Shown here: positions 14,001 through 26,300 of the stretch, in pieces
How the letters are laid out: each line of letters begins with the position of its first letter
How positions within the stretch are numbered: the stretch's first letter is position 1
From: Klebsormidium nitens
Taxonomy: Eukaryota; Plantae; Klebsormidiophyceae
DNA: 64,000 nucleotides
Assembly (NCBI GenBank): GCA_000708835.1
Contig: DF237203.1
Span: 57,812-121,811, forward strand
Direction: 5' to 3'
Program-made: the position numbers and the translations under genes
The notes under the pieces: generated by a model
What the model was told of the DNA's origin: nothing
Databases searched by the model: none
Seen by the model: the letters and a program-made list of their open reading frames with translations, nothing else

Positions 14001-14269
14001 TCAGTGCGCTGTTGATGGCAATCTTTGTTTTCCTGCTCTTCTACGGGTTGTCATTGCTTTTTGGCCGCTCGTCTCGAATGCTTCAGAGTTTGCGTCCGCA
14101 TAATTGGTTCTGGTTGGAATGTCTGCAGGGGGCCGAGAAGGACATGAGCAAGGCGAGAAGGGGCTTCCAGGAGTACGAGAAAAAGGAGAAAGAACAGCCT
14201 GGATTCTTAGCAGCGCTGCAGGAAGAAGTCAAAGAGTTGATTGACCAGATTCAGAAACTCTCCCGGTAG
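8007..14269 (+). CDS. CARS: Cysteine--tRNA ligase, eukaryotic cytosolic type
   Basis: Exons from 8007-8145 ([15 protein letters not shown]) and 8373-8470 ([22 protein letters not shown]; HIGH-like HVGH). Later motifs [52 protein letters not shown] (KMSKS), [36 protein letters not shown]. Stop at 14267-14269. Confidence 0.96.
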
Positions 14270-15047
14270 GTAATCCGTTCTTTAATCAGGCGTCCTGTCT
14301 TGAGGTGCTCTACAAACTAAATTGTGTTTGCTAGACTGGTGCTAACAAGGTTTCCTAAGCAAGTTGTCAGAGGCCATGCACTGAAGTAGTGTGGCGCGAA
14401 CCCTCTCAGAAAAAGTATTCCCTGTAGTCATTCGACATCAGTCAGAGACAGGCACTTGCACTTGAACGTGTCCATTACAAAGTCCTAGTAAGGTCTCCCA
14501 TGGGAAGCCGGGTACAAGGGCATTGGTTTTGTATCATGCATCCGCGAAAGCTTCATGCATTTGAGGAACCTCACACCGTTCGGCAAAACCTGGGCATTTG
14601 CGCGCATGTAGCCAAGGCAATTTTCCAAACCGTCGTTGAAATTGGTACAAAACTTATTGTTCGCAATGTTGCATTTTGGTCTGGCTACTTAGGCACTCTG
14701 GCTCGTTCGACTGGGACCTGACTAGACACACACGAGGCCTATCCTTCAGTGCCAGTGGCCGCCATGCTGTATGGTACAACCGGCCGCATCACATCCGTGT
14801 TGTGTTCAGTACGATCACTTGCAAGTTTTTGAGGATACGCACCTGGCTTTGGTGCTGCGTTGTCGATCGATGCCGCCATGCTTGGAATGAAAAGCAATAC
14901 TCAACAGCACAACATTGGATGTAAGCACATGTACATGCGGTATTCCAGTTAGAAAGCCGCCCGCGGGTCACATGCATGCCGGGAACATCGTGCCAATGGT
15001 GCTCACAAGTTCAAGCTGTTCATGGTGGTCGGGATATTGCTATACGA

Positions 15048-15056
15048 TTAGGGTTT
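15048..15056 (-). promoter_or_regulatory. Telo-box (AAACCCTAA) upstream of the secreted protein gene
   Basis: TTAGGGTTT on + strand ~200 bp upstream of the proposed ATG at 15263. Exact match to the plant telo-box; function not shown. Confidence 0.35.
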
Positions 15057-15262
15057 GGAGTGGGGGCTCCCCGGATACTTATCACCGGGTGCTAGGCTCC
15101 CCACCAGCACGCTGAGAGCGCCACCCGGTCAGGAAACCTACCGGGTGCGATACGCAGGGACTCTCGAGCGCTTGATTGCTGCAAACATCACTACGACAGC
15201 TGCCGGAAGCTACAAGATACTCCTCCCCGCGCCTTGCTGATAAAATTCCCTGCTCCAGATTC

Positions 15263-18200
15263 ATGGCATTGTACCGCAAGTACTGGACCACTCGGCTAGA
15301 GGCGGCCTTATCATGTACCAAGACTATCTAGGGCCTTGATTATGTGGTGGTGAGGGCGGGGACTCTGCATCGCATCACAGACAGTAACAGACACTTTAAG
15401 TTGATGCAGCTCGGTGGCAGCATTGTGCATCGCAATTGTCCATTGGCTTGTCCTCCTACTTCTTATTCCACTCCAAATGGCAGGCGCACAGGCTTTCCCG
15501 CGACAGCCCCAGAGCTGGACTCCTCCAGCAGCGATACTGGATGGCATTGACATCTTCCTGATGCAGCAGGCGTCGCAGTTTGTGCTTTCGGGCCCACGCT
15601 ATGTCACCACCTACAGAGTCCCGGCAGAGCAGGGCAACATGGCCTTCAGGGCAGACACCTACGACACTGCAATTGCGGCGATCTATCTCCTGGAGAGGTG
15701 AGGCGCAGAGTTGTGCTTTTGCCAATTGAGTTTGATAGTGCAACCACCTAGTGCAACGTGGCATCATTTTGAGGATGGGCTATGCTCTGGAACTATGTGC
15801 TTCCAGACCTGTTATTTCTCTAGCCAAGAGCAAATCTATTCTTGTAGGGCACCTTCTATTGGGAACAGGCCATCCATGTCAATCACCACAGTGGTTCTCC
15901 AGCAACATTTTCCAATTAACTCTGATAGCTGGGTGTCAAACCTTGATCCCTCTTCCTCTGCAGGAAGCAGGTGGCGCTTGCAACGAATCTGGTGGACGGT
16001 CTGTATGCCGCCATGATGCATGACCCTGTCGGAGATGGGCGCATTGTGGCAGCAACATGGGCCAATTCACTCCTGGGGTATGTACTCCTTGCTGCATCGC
16101 CCAGAAACGAACGGGATATTGCGAAATCATTGCTTCTGACTAAGGCAATTTCAAATTAGGTTTGGCACCTCCTTTTATGTTTCTCGCATTCAAATAGTCG
16201 CATCAGCTTTCAGCACCTAAAGCAGGTGGCAGACTCTTCTTTTAATGAAGGATGGGCTAAAGGCCAAACCCACCAAGCTTAAGGTAGTCCATCGTGATAA
16301 GACAACCCTTTAGCCAATTTGTTGGCGCAATGGTGCCTGCCTCAGTCGTGGCCTTTCCTTCACTGCTGAGAGGCCCCTACTTGAGGCCACCACCTAAAGC
16401 ATGAGACCTTCTTGAATCGAGTGCAGGCAAGGTGGCGACTTCAGCACGACCATCTTTCCCGGGGCAGGCCTTTCGGACACAGGCAACATGTGCTGGGCTG
16501 CCATTGCCATGGCCAGAGCGTTCCACTACACAGGGCGTGCACACTACCTGCACGGGGCGCGCACGATTGGAGACTGGGTGGTCAAACATACTGCAGTGAG
16601 GCGGCAGACCAATAGATGCACCACACTGTCTTGATTGCTGCAACACTTGGTAGTTAACAGCTCTAATCTTTGAAAATTAAAAAAGGAGCAGTGGTGATCT
16701 TTGTCATGGCTTCACTTAAGTAACCAATGAGATAGTCTGGACTCGTCAGACAGATGTTTTTGTTTCGTTCGTTGTCAGCCAAGTCCTTCTGTTGACACTG
16801 AGTGCAAATACTTTGTCTCCAAACCAGCTGGCTCGATCATTCTGGTCACGGAGGAGCATTCATCGTTTTGCTCTCTTGGTGAACGGATCGGATATCCCTT
16901 GATCGTCTACGAAGCATCAAATCATATGGTCGGTATGGCTTCCTGAAGGAACTTCGACCGGTAGGGGCATGCCCACCATCCTCGCTGCGGCGGGGGGAAA
17001 AGGAAAAGAACAATTGAGTATCCTTCCGTGCAGGTGGCGGACGAGTGGGGCGGCTTCAGTGGGGGCTATGAGGAGGGCGGCGCCAAGCGGCCGTGGCGCT
17101 CCGTTGAGCACAACACGGACGCCTTTGCTCTCTTTCGTCTGCTGCGCCAGGTCACGGGGGAGGCGCGCTGGGAGGAGCACATGCTGGCAGCGCAGGTGAC
17201 TGGGCTACCTCAACGAGACGTCTTCGCTTTTGACAAGCTGGTCGAAACTATTGTACTGACCCCCAAACCAGGCTGGACAGTTAGTCTTCAGATCCCAGAC
17301 TCCTCGCTCTAGAATCCAAGCAACAGCAAGCCTCGTCCAAAGGACACTGATGCGCTCCTAGATTCCTTCGAGGTTCCCACTTGCTTATCGCAGTTACTGA
17401 ACGTTTGCAGCCGTTGAGTCTCGGTGCCATTGAAGTTTATTATCTGAACCAGAGGGGGCTTCGGACAATCGGCGTGTTCACGACCCGCTGACTGTCAATA
17501 GCGATCGCGATGACTGAAGTGAACAAAAGATTAGGACGCCTTCTCCGGGATGCTCCATAGTAGGCGGTTGACCTAGGCTTAAGCCTCGTACTGTCACCCA
17601 ACGATGACAGCGATTATTTTTTTGACCAACTGGAATACCGTCCCTGCTTTCTTCCGCAGGCCCTGGTGCGGCGATGCTTCATCGACGGCCCTGACGGCAC
17701 CGCCCACTTTTGCACCGGGACGGGCGTGGGCCCCGTTTTGAACGAGGACGTCATCCCAACGGACTGCCAGACGTGGACCGCTCTTAGCGGCATCGCGCTA
17801 GACGTCCGCAACGCGTGCCTCAGGTACGTGGTGGCCAATCACCAGACGACAAGTGGCGACTTCGTGGGCATGCGGTTTAGCTCCACGGGTCGGGAGGTGC
17901 AGAACGAGAACACGGCGGGGGCGGCGCTCGCGCTGGGGGAGGCGGGCTGGAGCGAGGGGCGGGCCCTGCTGGCCAGCTTGCAGGACCAGGTGAGGAGGGG
18001 TCGGATGGCTCTCAAGTTATGGCAGCGAAAACGAGTTGGGACGTACGGGAATCCGAGGACGAGGGAAGTTGCTTCGAGTGCTCTCGTGCGGCAATGCCGG
18101 TATCTAAACCCAATTGGACCAATGATGGAAGTTGAAATGGACAAGAGGGATCCAATGCAGGAGTTTCAACAAGCATGGATGTAGGAGTGGGACGAAGCGA

Positions 18201-18635
18201 ATGGAGATTATCGGTGTTGCTTGACAGGGTTCCAGCCGATGACCACTTCCACCTAGGGGCAACAGGAATTACGACTCTAGAGTTCCTAGAAACAGAGTCC
18301 GCTTTCTTTGCAGAACCGAATTGCTTTCAAAACCTCGAGCTCTTGGTACTCCACGTCTTCAAGCCGCTCATTTCATGTCGAGGTTCGAAATCAATCCTCG
18401 ATCCATTGTGCAGATCCGGCGCGCTCCCGGCACCGACGGCCTGGGCGTGGTGGCCACTCCTGCCGCGGAGTGCTGGACGGGCGCCGGCCTGGGCTGGTCC
18501 TACTTCAACTGGCCCCACTCCGCAGCGAGCACGTGGACGGGCCTCGCCCTTCTTGCGGCCGGCACGGGATTGGCCGATAACCCCAACCCTTTCTCCGAGT
18601 TGCGTTCGCAGCCCGGGCGGTTTGGCAGCGAGTGA
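15263..18635 (+). CDS. Secreted bacterial-like (alpha/alpha)-barrel / six-hairpin glycosidase-like protein
   Basis: Phase-consistent exons 15263-15279 (tentative), 15410-15697, 15964-16077, 16427-16595, 17034-17195, 17660-17989, 18414-18635. Hydrophobic signal peptide (..VAALCIAIVHWLVLLLLIPLQMAGAQA). Motifs ADTYDTAIAAIYLL, HDPVGDGRI, DTGNMCWAAIAM, GGFSGG, WRSVEHNTD, HFCTGTG, DCQTW, ENTAGAALAL, PHSAASTWTGLAL..NPF. Confidence 0.75.
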
Positions 18636-19605
18636 ACCAGGGGGTTCGCTCTAATTCCCTCCTTGAGAGTAATCACTGATCGAACCGCCTCCTTGAAGAA
18701 GTGCGTGTTGATGACACAGAGCGTTGATGACATTGAGCAATTATTGACTGCAGTTGTTGGTTCTCTTCGTTTGACATATGGCCCATGCAGTTCCTGAGCG
18801 CTGCAGGAGCAGGCTTCTAACGGATGGACATCATTGGCATCTTTGAAGATCTTGTGTACTTGAAGTTGGAAAGCTTGAAGTAGATGTAAGATTGCTGATT
18901 GTGTCGCGACTCGCACTGCGCCGATCGATATGGATATGTCCTCGCCTGACGCTCCGCTGGCCGCGGCGTACCTGGCTCTATTCGCTTTTTTACATGCGTG
19001 CCGCAACCGATTAATGTCGGTCGATTACAAGAGATAGTATATGCATGCAACAACGTGTCGTGGCACGCCCGTGCTCGGATTGCAATACGCAGGCATGTGC
19101 GAGACCAAGTTTCATATACATGAGCCGCATGTATATCATGCATGAGCTCGGGCCAGCCGCGCACTTCAGAACGATTTGCACCTGCACGACTCGAGAAGTA
19201 TCATACCTGTTCTTATATGCAGAGAAGTGCCGGGCCTAAGCTGAGGCTCCAAGAACCACCGCGTGTGGCACACTGACAAACAATCAGCCAGATGGCATCA
19301 TGCTTGGCCCATGAGCGGCGACATGCGCGCTTTCCCGTCACTCCACGCACTGAGCTATGCATTGGCGTCAGAAGTACTGAGGCCGGCGATATATTGAATA
19401 GGTTCGGTCCACCTTCCGAGATTAGCTAATCCATAGTAGCTGGCCCCGAACAAGGGCTGAAGCAGAACCCTTTTCTGACGGTCGACGGGCTGCCAACATA
19501 GGTCATAAGAATCGGCAAGCAACAAGCACATAAGAAGCTATCAACACGTCTTTACGTTTTAAACACGGCCAGATGCATCGATCCCACGTTATAAAGTGTT
19601 TCAGC

Positions 19606-22600
19606 TCACCAGTTGAACAAGGGCAGACAAAATTTTGGTGTCCGTGCATCCTTTTCTCTAATCAACGCAACGAGTCTCGAAGGCTCTGGCTTTCCTCCGA
19701 AGGCATCAACTCCTAGATCTGCCGCATGTATGCCACCGGCCACAAAGATCGAGTCAACTCCTGCACGGAGCGCCGCCAAAAAAAGTTGGTGAACGGAAGA
19801 AAGGATCGACTGCATCATTGCGGACCCGCTAGCTCGCAGATGTCTGTTCACATAGACAACCATCTCTTCTTTCCAATCAGGACATTAATGCGCAACGTCA
19901 CAGCAAGAAAAGCTCGACATCCTTACCAGCCGCTGCTGCTCCCCCGATGTCGTGGTGCAGCGAGTCGCCCACCGCCACCACGCTCCTTAGATCGGCCCCC
20001 AGCATGTCACCAGCGGCTTGGTAAATGACCTGTACAACAATCCGTTCGGCTCGGGTCACCACTCTGAGCGGCGCTCTAAATCGAACAAGGAGCCGCCAGC
20101 TGAGAACACCTCGACAGAGGACACCGTCGTACTGATTTATTGGCCGGGATGTGCTAAGTGGCTGAAATCGTCGAGGCTTTTAATTAGAGGCGACCGAGGG
20201 AGCGGGATCTTTGTGTCCTTTTTGGCCTCTCGCGTTCGTTCATGGTTCCCTAAGTTGTCAGTCATTGGATACTGTACATACGGTTCAATCATCCACATTT
20301 GCTCCATTGAGTCGGTGGTTCTCACCGGGTCTGGCTTTCCCATCCACTGAACATGACCCCCCATTCTCTCGTACATCTTTCCCAGAGTGCCTGCACAAAG
20401 AAAGAAGCAATCCAACGGTCAGAAGTACTCCCTACTATTCTCTCGTACGTCTGGTGATGTCCGCACACAGTGCCGTCTTTCTCATCCATGACCGCTGATC
20501 GTGCCATGCAGAAGAGCGCCAACAGTTGGGCAGAGGACAGCTTCTACCACTCACCTGGCATTATCGCGAGGTCTCGGCCGTCCACTGTGACCTCGTCCGG
20601 ATTTGCAACTATCATGGGGATGGCTTTCTGCACCGCACGCTTCATGACATCCTCCATCACACTCAGGGGGGCTGGCGTGGCTGGGGGATCCAGGTCGTTC
20701 TCCCCCCCTGCCCGCGGCCCTGCTACACCAATGGCTTCGGAGCCATGCGCGAGAATGAAGTCCGCGTCCTCAGGGTGTTGGACGACCGTCAGGCCGAGGC
20801 CGTGAGTGGAGACCGCCTGCCTCGCACTCCAGGTGAAGTGCACGCACTTGTGGCCCAGGGAGGCGAAGAACGGGTCTGTGCGCCTGCACAGAGGCACGAG
20901 GAAACGGCCTCAGAAGCTGTCGGTATTAACACGCGGTGCAAAGTAGAATGAATGATGGGCAGGTAAGTGACTCGAATCGAACCTGGCGCACGGACAGATG
21001 AAAGCAGACGTCCTTGCTTGCCAAGTCAGAAGGAGACGAAATCACTGTCAACAGGAACGCACTCGTAACGATTGCCAGATGGACGACTCGACCTTGGCGC
21101 TTACATGAACAAAAGCAGACGTCCTCGGTCCCCAAGTCAGGGGGAATATAAGCAATGACTTCAGCACAAGGAACGGCAGCCACATTGGCGCTCACTCTTT
21201 GAGGTACTTGTGTGTGAGCTCGCCGCTGGTGATGGCCCCCACAAACCAGGCGGGGTCAAACCCCAGGGGTCCCAGTTTGCTGATGGTCACGCTGGCACGC
21301 TTGGAGGAGTTGCTAATGATCAGCAGCTGGGCGCCTCGCTCCGCAAGCTGCCTCACTGAAGAGAAATATAATTATCCCTTCTTGGTACGATGACGGCCAG
21401 TCTGAGGGAGAAGATCTGCTAGTTGAAGTGGTCGCAGAAAAACGTAGTAGGAATGCATCCCTGGAGCCCTAGCAATAGTGATCCTACAGAATCTGCGAGA
21501 TCTCGCAAGAGTTACTGCAGGACCAGTGCTGGTGGGCCGTCACAATTTCAGCAGCTTTGACGACATGAGCAGGTTGAATCGGGGGGCCAGTTGCAAACTT
21601 GGAAGTAGTGGGGCACACAACAGCGGGCATTGCCTAAGGTTGGTCCCAGATATATGCCCCGGAACAGTCGATCTGATTGGAGGGTGACGGCCAAAGGGGT
21701 GGCCTTACCTGCATCTACTGTCCCAGGGTATGCTTTGCGGCCATCGTGAAGGACACCAAACTGATCGAGCAGCCACACCTGCATCCCCAAAAGCTCAGAC
21801 ATCATAATTGTTGCTTGGTGTCAATCCACCTCTAACTTGATACATCTAGTTTCTAGCCTCTTCAACCGGCCAAAGCGAAGCTTGTAAGGGGTGGAAGTCT
21901 GTGCACGGAACGAAACTCTAGAACTCTTTAGTTTCAGTCCCTCAGGTCTGAAGTCACAACATACAAAGCAGCTTGTTGAGGAATTGCTCGGTGCCCCCTG
22001 CCAAGCATACAGCTACTCGAGCAAATATCGTGGAGAATGGGTTGATGCAATGCACCTTGTAGTCATCTGCGACGTGTCGCAGTCCATCCAGGTCTTGCAC
22101 TTCGCTGACAGTTTGTGCACATGGGTGGTAGTCACTGACAGCTGCGCACATAAGGGCGGAAGAGTCACCGGGCCAATGGTGGCAAGGTGGCCTGTAAATT
22201 TCAAGCTGGCCGTGAACAAGGAAACTGAAATGCCACTCTCATCATCATCAGCAAGGGATTGGGGATGGTGTAGGACACTCTACAGGGGATCGCATGACAT
22301 AGAGAGCAGTAGCATCATTGACTTACAGCATTGGCCTTTCTGGATTGGAGAATGCATCACAGCATGCTGCTGACGCCTGCTTCCCCACTTAAGCGCATCG
22401 CAGCTGCTAAGTTGCAAGGGGGGAACAGCATTCCTAGGTCCATTGCCCCGTGCTTGCGTGTGAATGCGGCATGGATGAATTATGGAGTCCTGCCCTTCTA
22501 ACTTGGTTGGGAATGGAGATGCCCAGCTCCGTTGGCCAAGCTTTCTGATGGAAACCCTTGCAGCTGATTGAGACAGCCAACTTCCTAGACCATGTGTGCT

Positions 22601-22702
22601 GCAATTCTGCCCAAACTGAAGCCTTGAAGCATCCTTGAGACCTCTGAGTTGTTGGCAGTGTTGTAGGCAGCCACCAACCTGGCGCCCAGAGGTGGAGAGC
22701 AT
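19606..22702 (-). CDS. HAD-superfamily hydrolase, subfamily IIA (TIGR01459-like), probable organellar transit peptide
   Basis: Exons encode WLLDQFGVLHDGRKAYPG (motif I), ADFILAHGSEA, PMIVANPD, QWMGKPDP (motif III), VAVGDSLHHDIGGA (motif IV) and DSIFVAGGIHA. Stop at 19606-19608. ATG at 22702 precedes a Ser/Arg-rich N-terminus; the start is less certain. Confidence 0.88.
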
Positions 22703-22758
22703 CGTTCTAATACTGGCAATAGCCTAGCTAGGTACAATGCACTGTGTACTACCCTCTC

Positions 22759-22767
22759 AAACCCTAA
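22759..22767 (+). promoter_or_regulatory. Telo-box (AAACCCTAA) within the HAD / alpha-beta hydrolase divergent promoter (22703-23392)
   Basis: Exact AAACCCTAA 57 bp upstream of the HAD ATG, in a ~690-bp head-to-head intergenic region. Confidence 0.4.
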
Positions 22768-23392
22768 TTTTGTGTGCTCTCGGCGTATTTGATAAACTGG
22801 TCAAAGTATATGACATAGGCAAGGACCGTCATTTGTGCAATATGATAAATGAAATGACGGTTTTTATCGCTTTCCGAACAAAAGACGACTGTATATCTAG
22901 GTGATTTGAATTTTATAAGTTCTCAGGAATGCAAGGTACGGAATTGAGCTGCCGACATTTTGGTATGGTGCTGCAAAATAAACAAGAACTTGAAGAAAGG
23001 GACGACTGCATTGCTCCTTGTGCCGGGCCGTCTGGCATGGCGTCAGGGGAGGGACCATTGCATAACCAGTCTACTTGATTGCCCAGATTCGTGGGAAGCT
23101 TACTTGCTGGTCGCTTCCTGCCACTGCCAGCCCTTCACAAGACCAGTAATCGTCGAAAGCAATCGTGCTAGCGGCCCCCCTTTTCTGCGCATCCTATTCA
23201 AGGGCAACCTAAGGAGTGGCAGTATCCAGACCATCTCAACCTCTCGTTGATTTTATGTTGAGAAGGGTTTCGGCAAGCCTGGCGCGGGCCCTGAGCAGAC
23301 GGTGTGCAGGGCATTCTTTCCAGTAGGTCCCGTATACAACGGCTCGCCCCCGCTGGTGGAGTAAAAACCTGTGGCCCAAGCGGCCAAAAGCA

Positions 23393-26300
23393 ATGGACCA
23401 ATTGGTGAACTTTGTGATCAGGCCGCCGAGGTGAGCTTTTGATCCACGTCATGCTTATGCTGCGCTCATCAGTGCAGGTTGATTGCCCTCCGAAAGCGAG
23501 GGCTGATATGCATTGTTATTTGTACCTGGCCTTACAGGGACCTTCAACAAGAAGAGATCAATCACATTATCGAATGGAGACAGTGTGACCAGAACCACTC
23601 CATTGTGCTGTCCACGAGAATGGCTCTCTTCAATGCGTTCCTTGGACTGGCATGCTCAATACGACAGTCCATACTTTTGACTTGAATTCTGACACAGGCT
23701 TTGTTCAAGTTTTGCCTCTTGCAGTGGATGGTGCTGCAAGCCTGGCTGCCTCTAAAAACGCCCAGTGGAGATCCCGTCAATCCAGCTCTCCTAAAGTGAG
23801 GCTCAAAGTGAGGGCTCCCCCTGATCACAGCTTACCCCCTGGTGTGTGCAGAGCACAGTATGAGCCCCTGGAAGACCTGCTTGGGCCGCATTTTGCCATC
23901 CGGGGGCGGCGCTTCCGAAGGGATGACCTGAGCATTGTAAACGCGCGAGGGCACCTCCTGATGTGCAGCTTCTACCGCCCTTACTCTGTTCCAGAAGGAG
24001 TCCAGCTGCCGTGCGTCATCTATAACCATGGCAACAGGTGACAAAGGAGCTCGGTTGGGGCCATGGCTTTCTTTGCAGCTGGAATGTGAAACTCTTTGCA
24101 TTCTTTGAGCCTTGGTTTGAGGCCCCCTGCTCTGTGCTTTTCGATCGTGTGTGGGTTCGTGAGTGTCGATTACGTGAGGTTTGTTCAAAGTTTAGAGTTT
24201 TCGATGGGGCCTGTCCTCAGCTCACCACACCGATCGGATCCGATGCTGTCGCTCAATCAGTATTTCCTTCTTCGGATGCAGTGGCTGCCGCTGTGATGCC
24301 AACGAGGCTGTGTGCATGCTCCTTCCCTCCAACATCACAGTGTTTGCATATGACTTCTCGGGCTCGGGTCTGTCGGAGGGCGAGTATGTGAGCCTGGGCT
24401 ACTATGAAAAGGAGGACCTCAAGGCTGTGGTTGAGTACCTGCGCCTTGAGGGCAAGACCTCCAAGATTGGCCTCTGGGGACGCTCGATGGGCGCCCATAC
24501 CTGGTCAGCTGGCACAGCCCCCTCTTGCAGCTGCTCATTGCTTGGTATCACAATGATCATTTGTCTCTCTCTTTAAGCTGGTCAAGTCTGTCGTTTTGGC
24601 GAACTCGTGCATTACTTAACGAGTTCGTTTTGGCGCGTATCGCTTGAGTGTCGAATCATCTTGCTTGTTGCTGCTTGTTCTAGTGAAAATATTTTTTGAT
24701 TAGCTACAACTCAGTCCTGTTGTGTGCGGCCACAAACGAAGCTTTCAATCTGTACTTGCTGAAGTCATTCTTTTGATTCTCAGAATAGTCCTTCACTTGC
24801 TGGCTGTGTGCTGAGACGGTGCCTCGCTGTGGTGCAGTTTGCAGTATGGGGCGGGCGACCCGAGCATCGCAGGCATGGTGGTGGACAGCCCGTTCTCGCG
24901 GTTGCACGACCTGATGCTGGAGCTGACGGGGACGTACCGCATCCGCGTGCCGCGCTCCATGGTCAAGATGGCGCTGCAGTACATGCGCAAGCTCATTCAA
25001 AAGAAGGCGGCATTTGACATCACGGAGCTCGACGTCCTCAAGGTGACCCCCGCCACACCCACGATTCAAATTCTGGCAATTGCATTTCGAGGTTGAGGTC
25101 GGTGTCGTGCCTTGAGTTCCAGAGGTCGAAGCCTGGAACATGGCGAAGACCTTAGGTCTGCTTGTCTTTCTGTGGATCGATGTGTGCTGCCACAGCCTGC
25201 ACGTTTTTAAAAGCACACATTCTATAGAAGCTGGAGATCGAGACTTACATAAAGATTCGGAACGGTATTTACGTGCCCAATCTGATGCGCTACCCGTGCC
25301 TCTTCTTGTTGCAGAGCGCCCCCAGCACGTTCATCCCCGTGCTGTTCGGGCATGCCCGGGGGGACATGTTCATCCCGCCACACCACTCACAGGACATTTA
25401 CAAAGAATATGCGGTGAGCCCGCCCTACTTTTTCCGTATCCGCCATTGATTGCTGTTTGTATGTGAGGGAATCAGATTCTGATCTGCTTCGTCACCGGCC
25501 TTGTTATGGGCGCCAGACGAGTCTTGGCCCGAGTGTTCTGACATGACAATGTTGTAGAATCGGTCAGCTTTTCGTGATTTATGATGTATCGTGCTGTGGT
25601 TGAAGAGGAGCGTGGATCTTGACCCATGAAGTATTGGTCCGATCCCTAATTTTCTATGATTGATTGAAAGGCGAATGCGCTTATGCAGTCTTTCTCTTAC
25701 TCCCTGCGAACCCCAGGCCGAAGATGCAGACCGTCTCAGCTCATTCCCGTGACATCCTTGCCAAATTAGAAGGCTTGAAGGCCCAAGGTCATGGTTGGCT
25801 CAAATTTGCTGTTTTCGCTCGCTGACTCTCTGGTGCCTCTTTCTCCGTTCAGGGCGACAAGAACATCATCGAGTTCGAGGGCGACCACAACTCGGCGCGC
25901 CCCCGCTTCTACTACGACAGCATCAGCATCTTCTTCATCAATGTGCTGCAGCCGCCCGACCTCCCCGGCGCGGCCGTCGCAGACTTTGTCGATGACGGGG
26001 CGCCCGAGGACATCTCCCCCGAGCAGGTTCGCTCCCCGCACACTCTCCTCTTCTCGCTCCTGTTTTCAACGAGAATTTCCCTGGGTACAACTCCCGCTAG
26101 ACATCCTGCATTCTGCGAACCGCTTTTCGAACGTTTGTCGTTCTCGATTGCCGTTTACGAGGACCCTGCAGTCCTCCGACCAGCCAGGTCCGGTCTTTCA
26201 CCCCTTGCTACCCGTGTCGGGCCTCTCGGAAGCGGGCACCTTTCATCATTCTTCCGCATCCTTTTCCGCTGCAGCAATCGCTGCTGTACGAGCTGATGGC

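Noticed and set aside
17018-17025. GTATCCTT (U12-type donor-like) here and at 29176-29183
   Set aside because: The first lies in the pyrimidine tract of a normal GT-AG intron. Neither has a matching TCCTTAAC branch site downstream.
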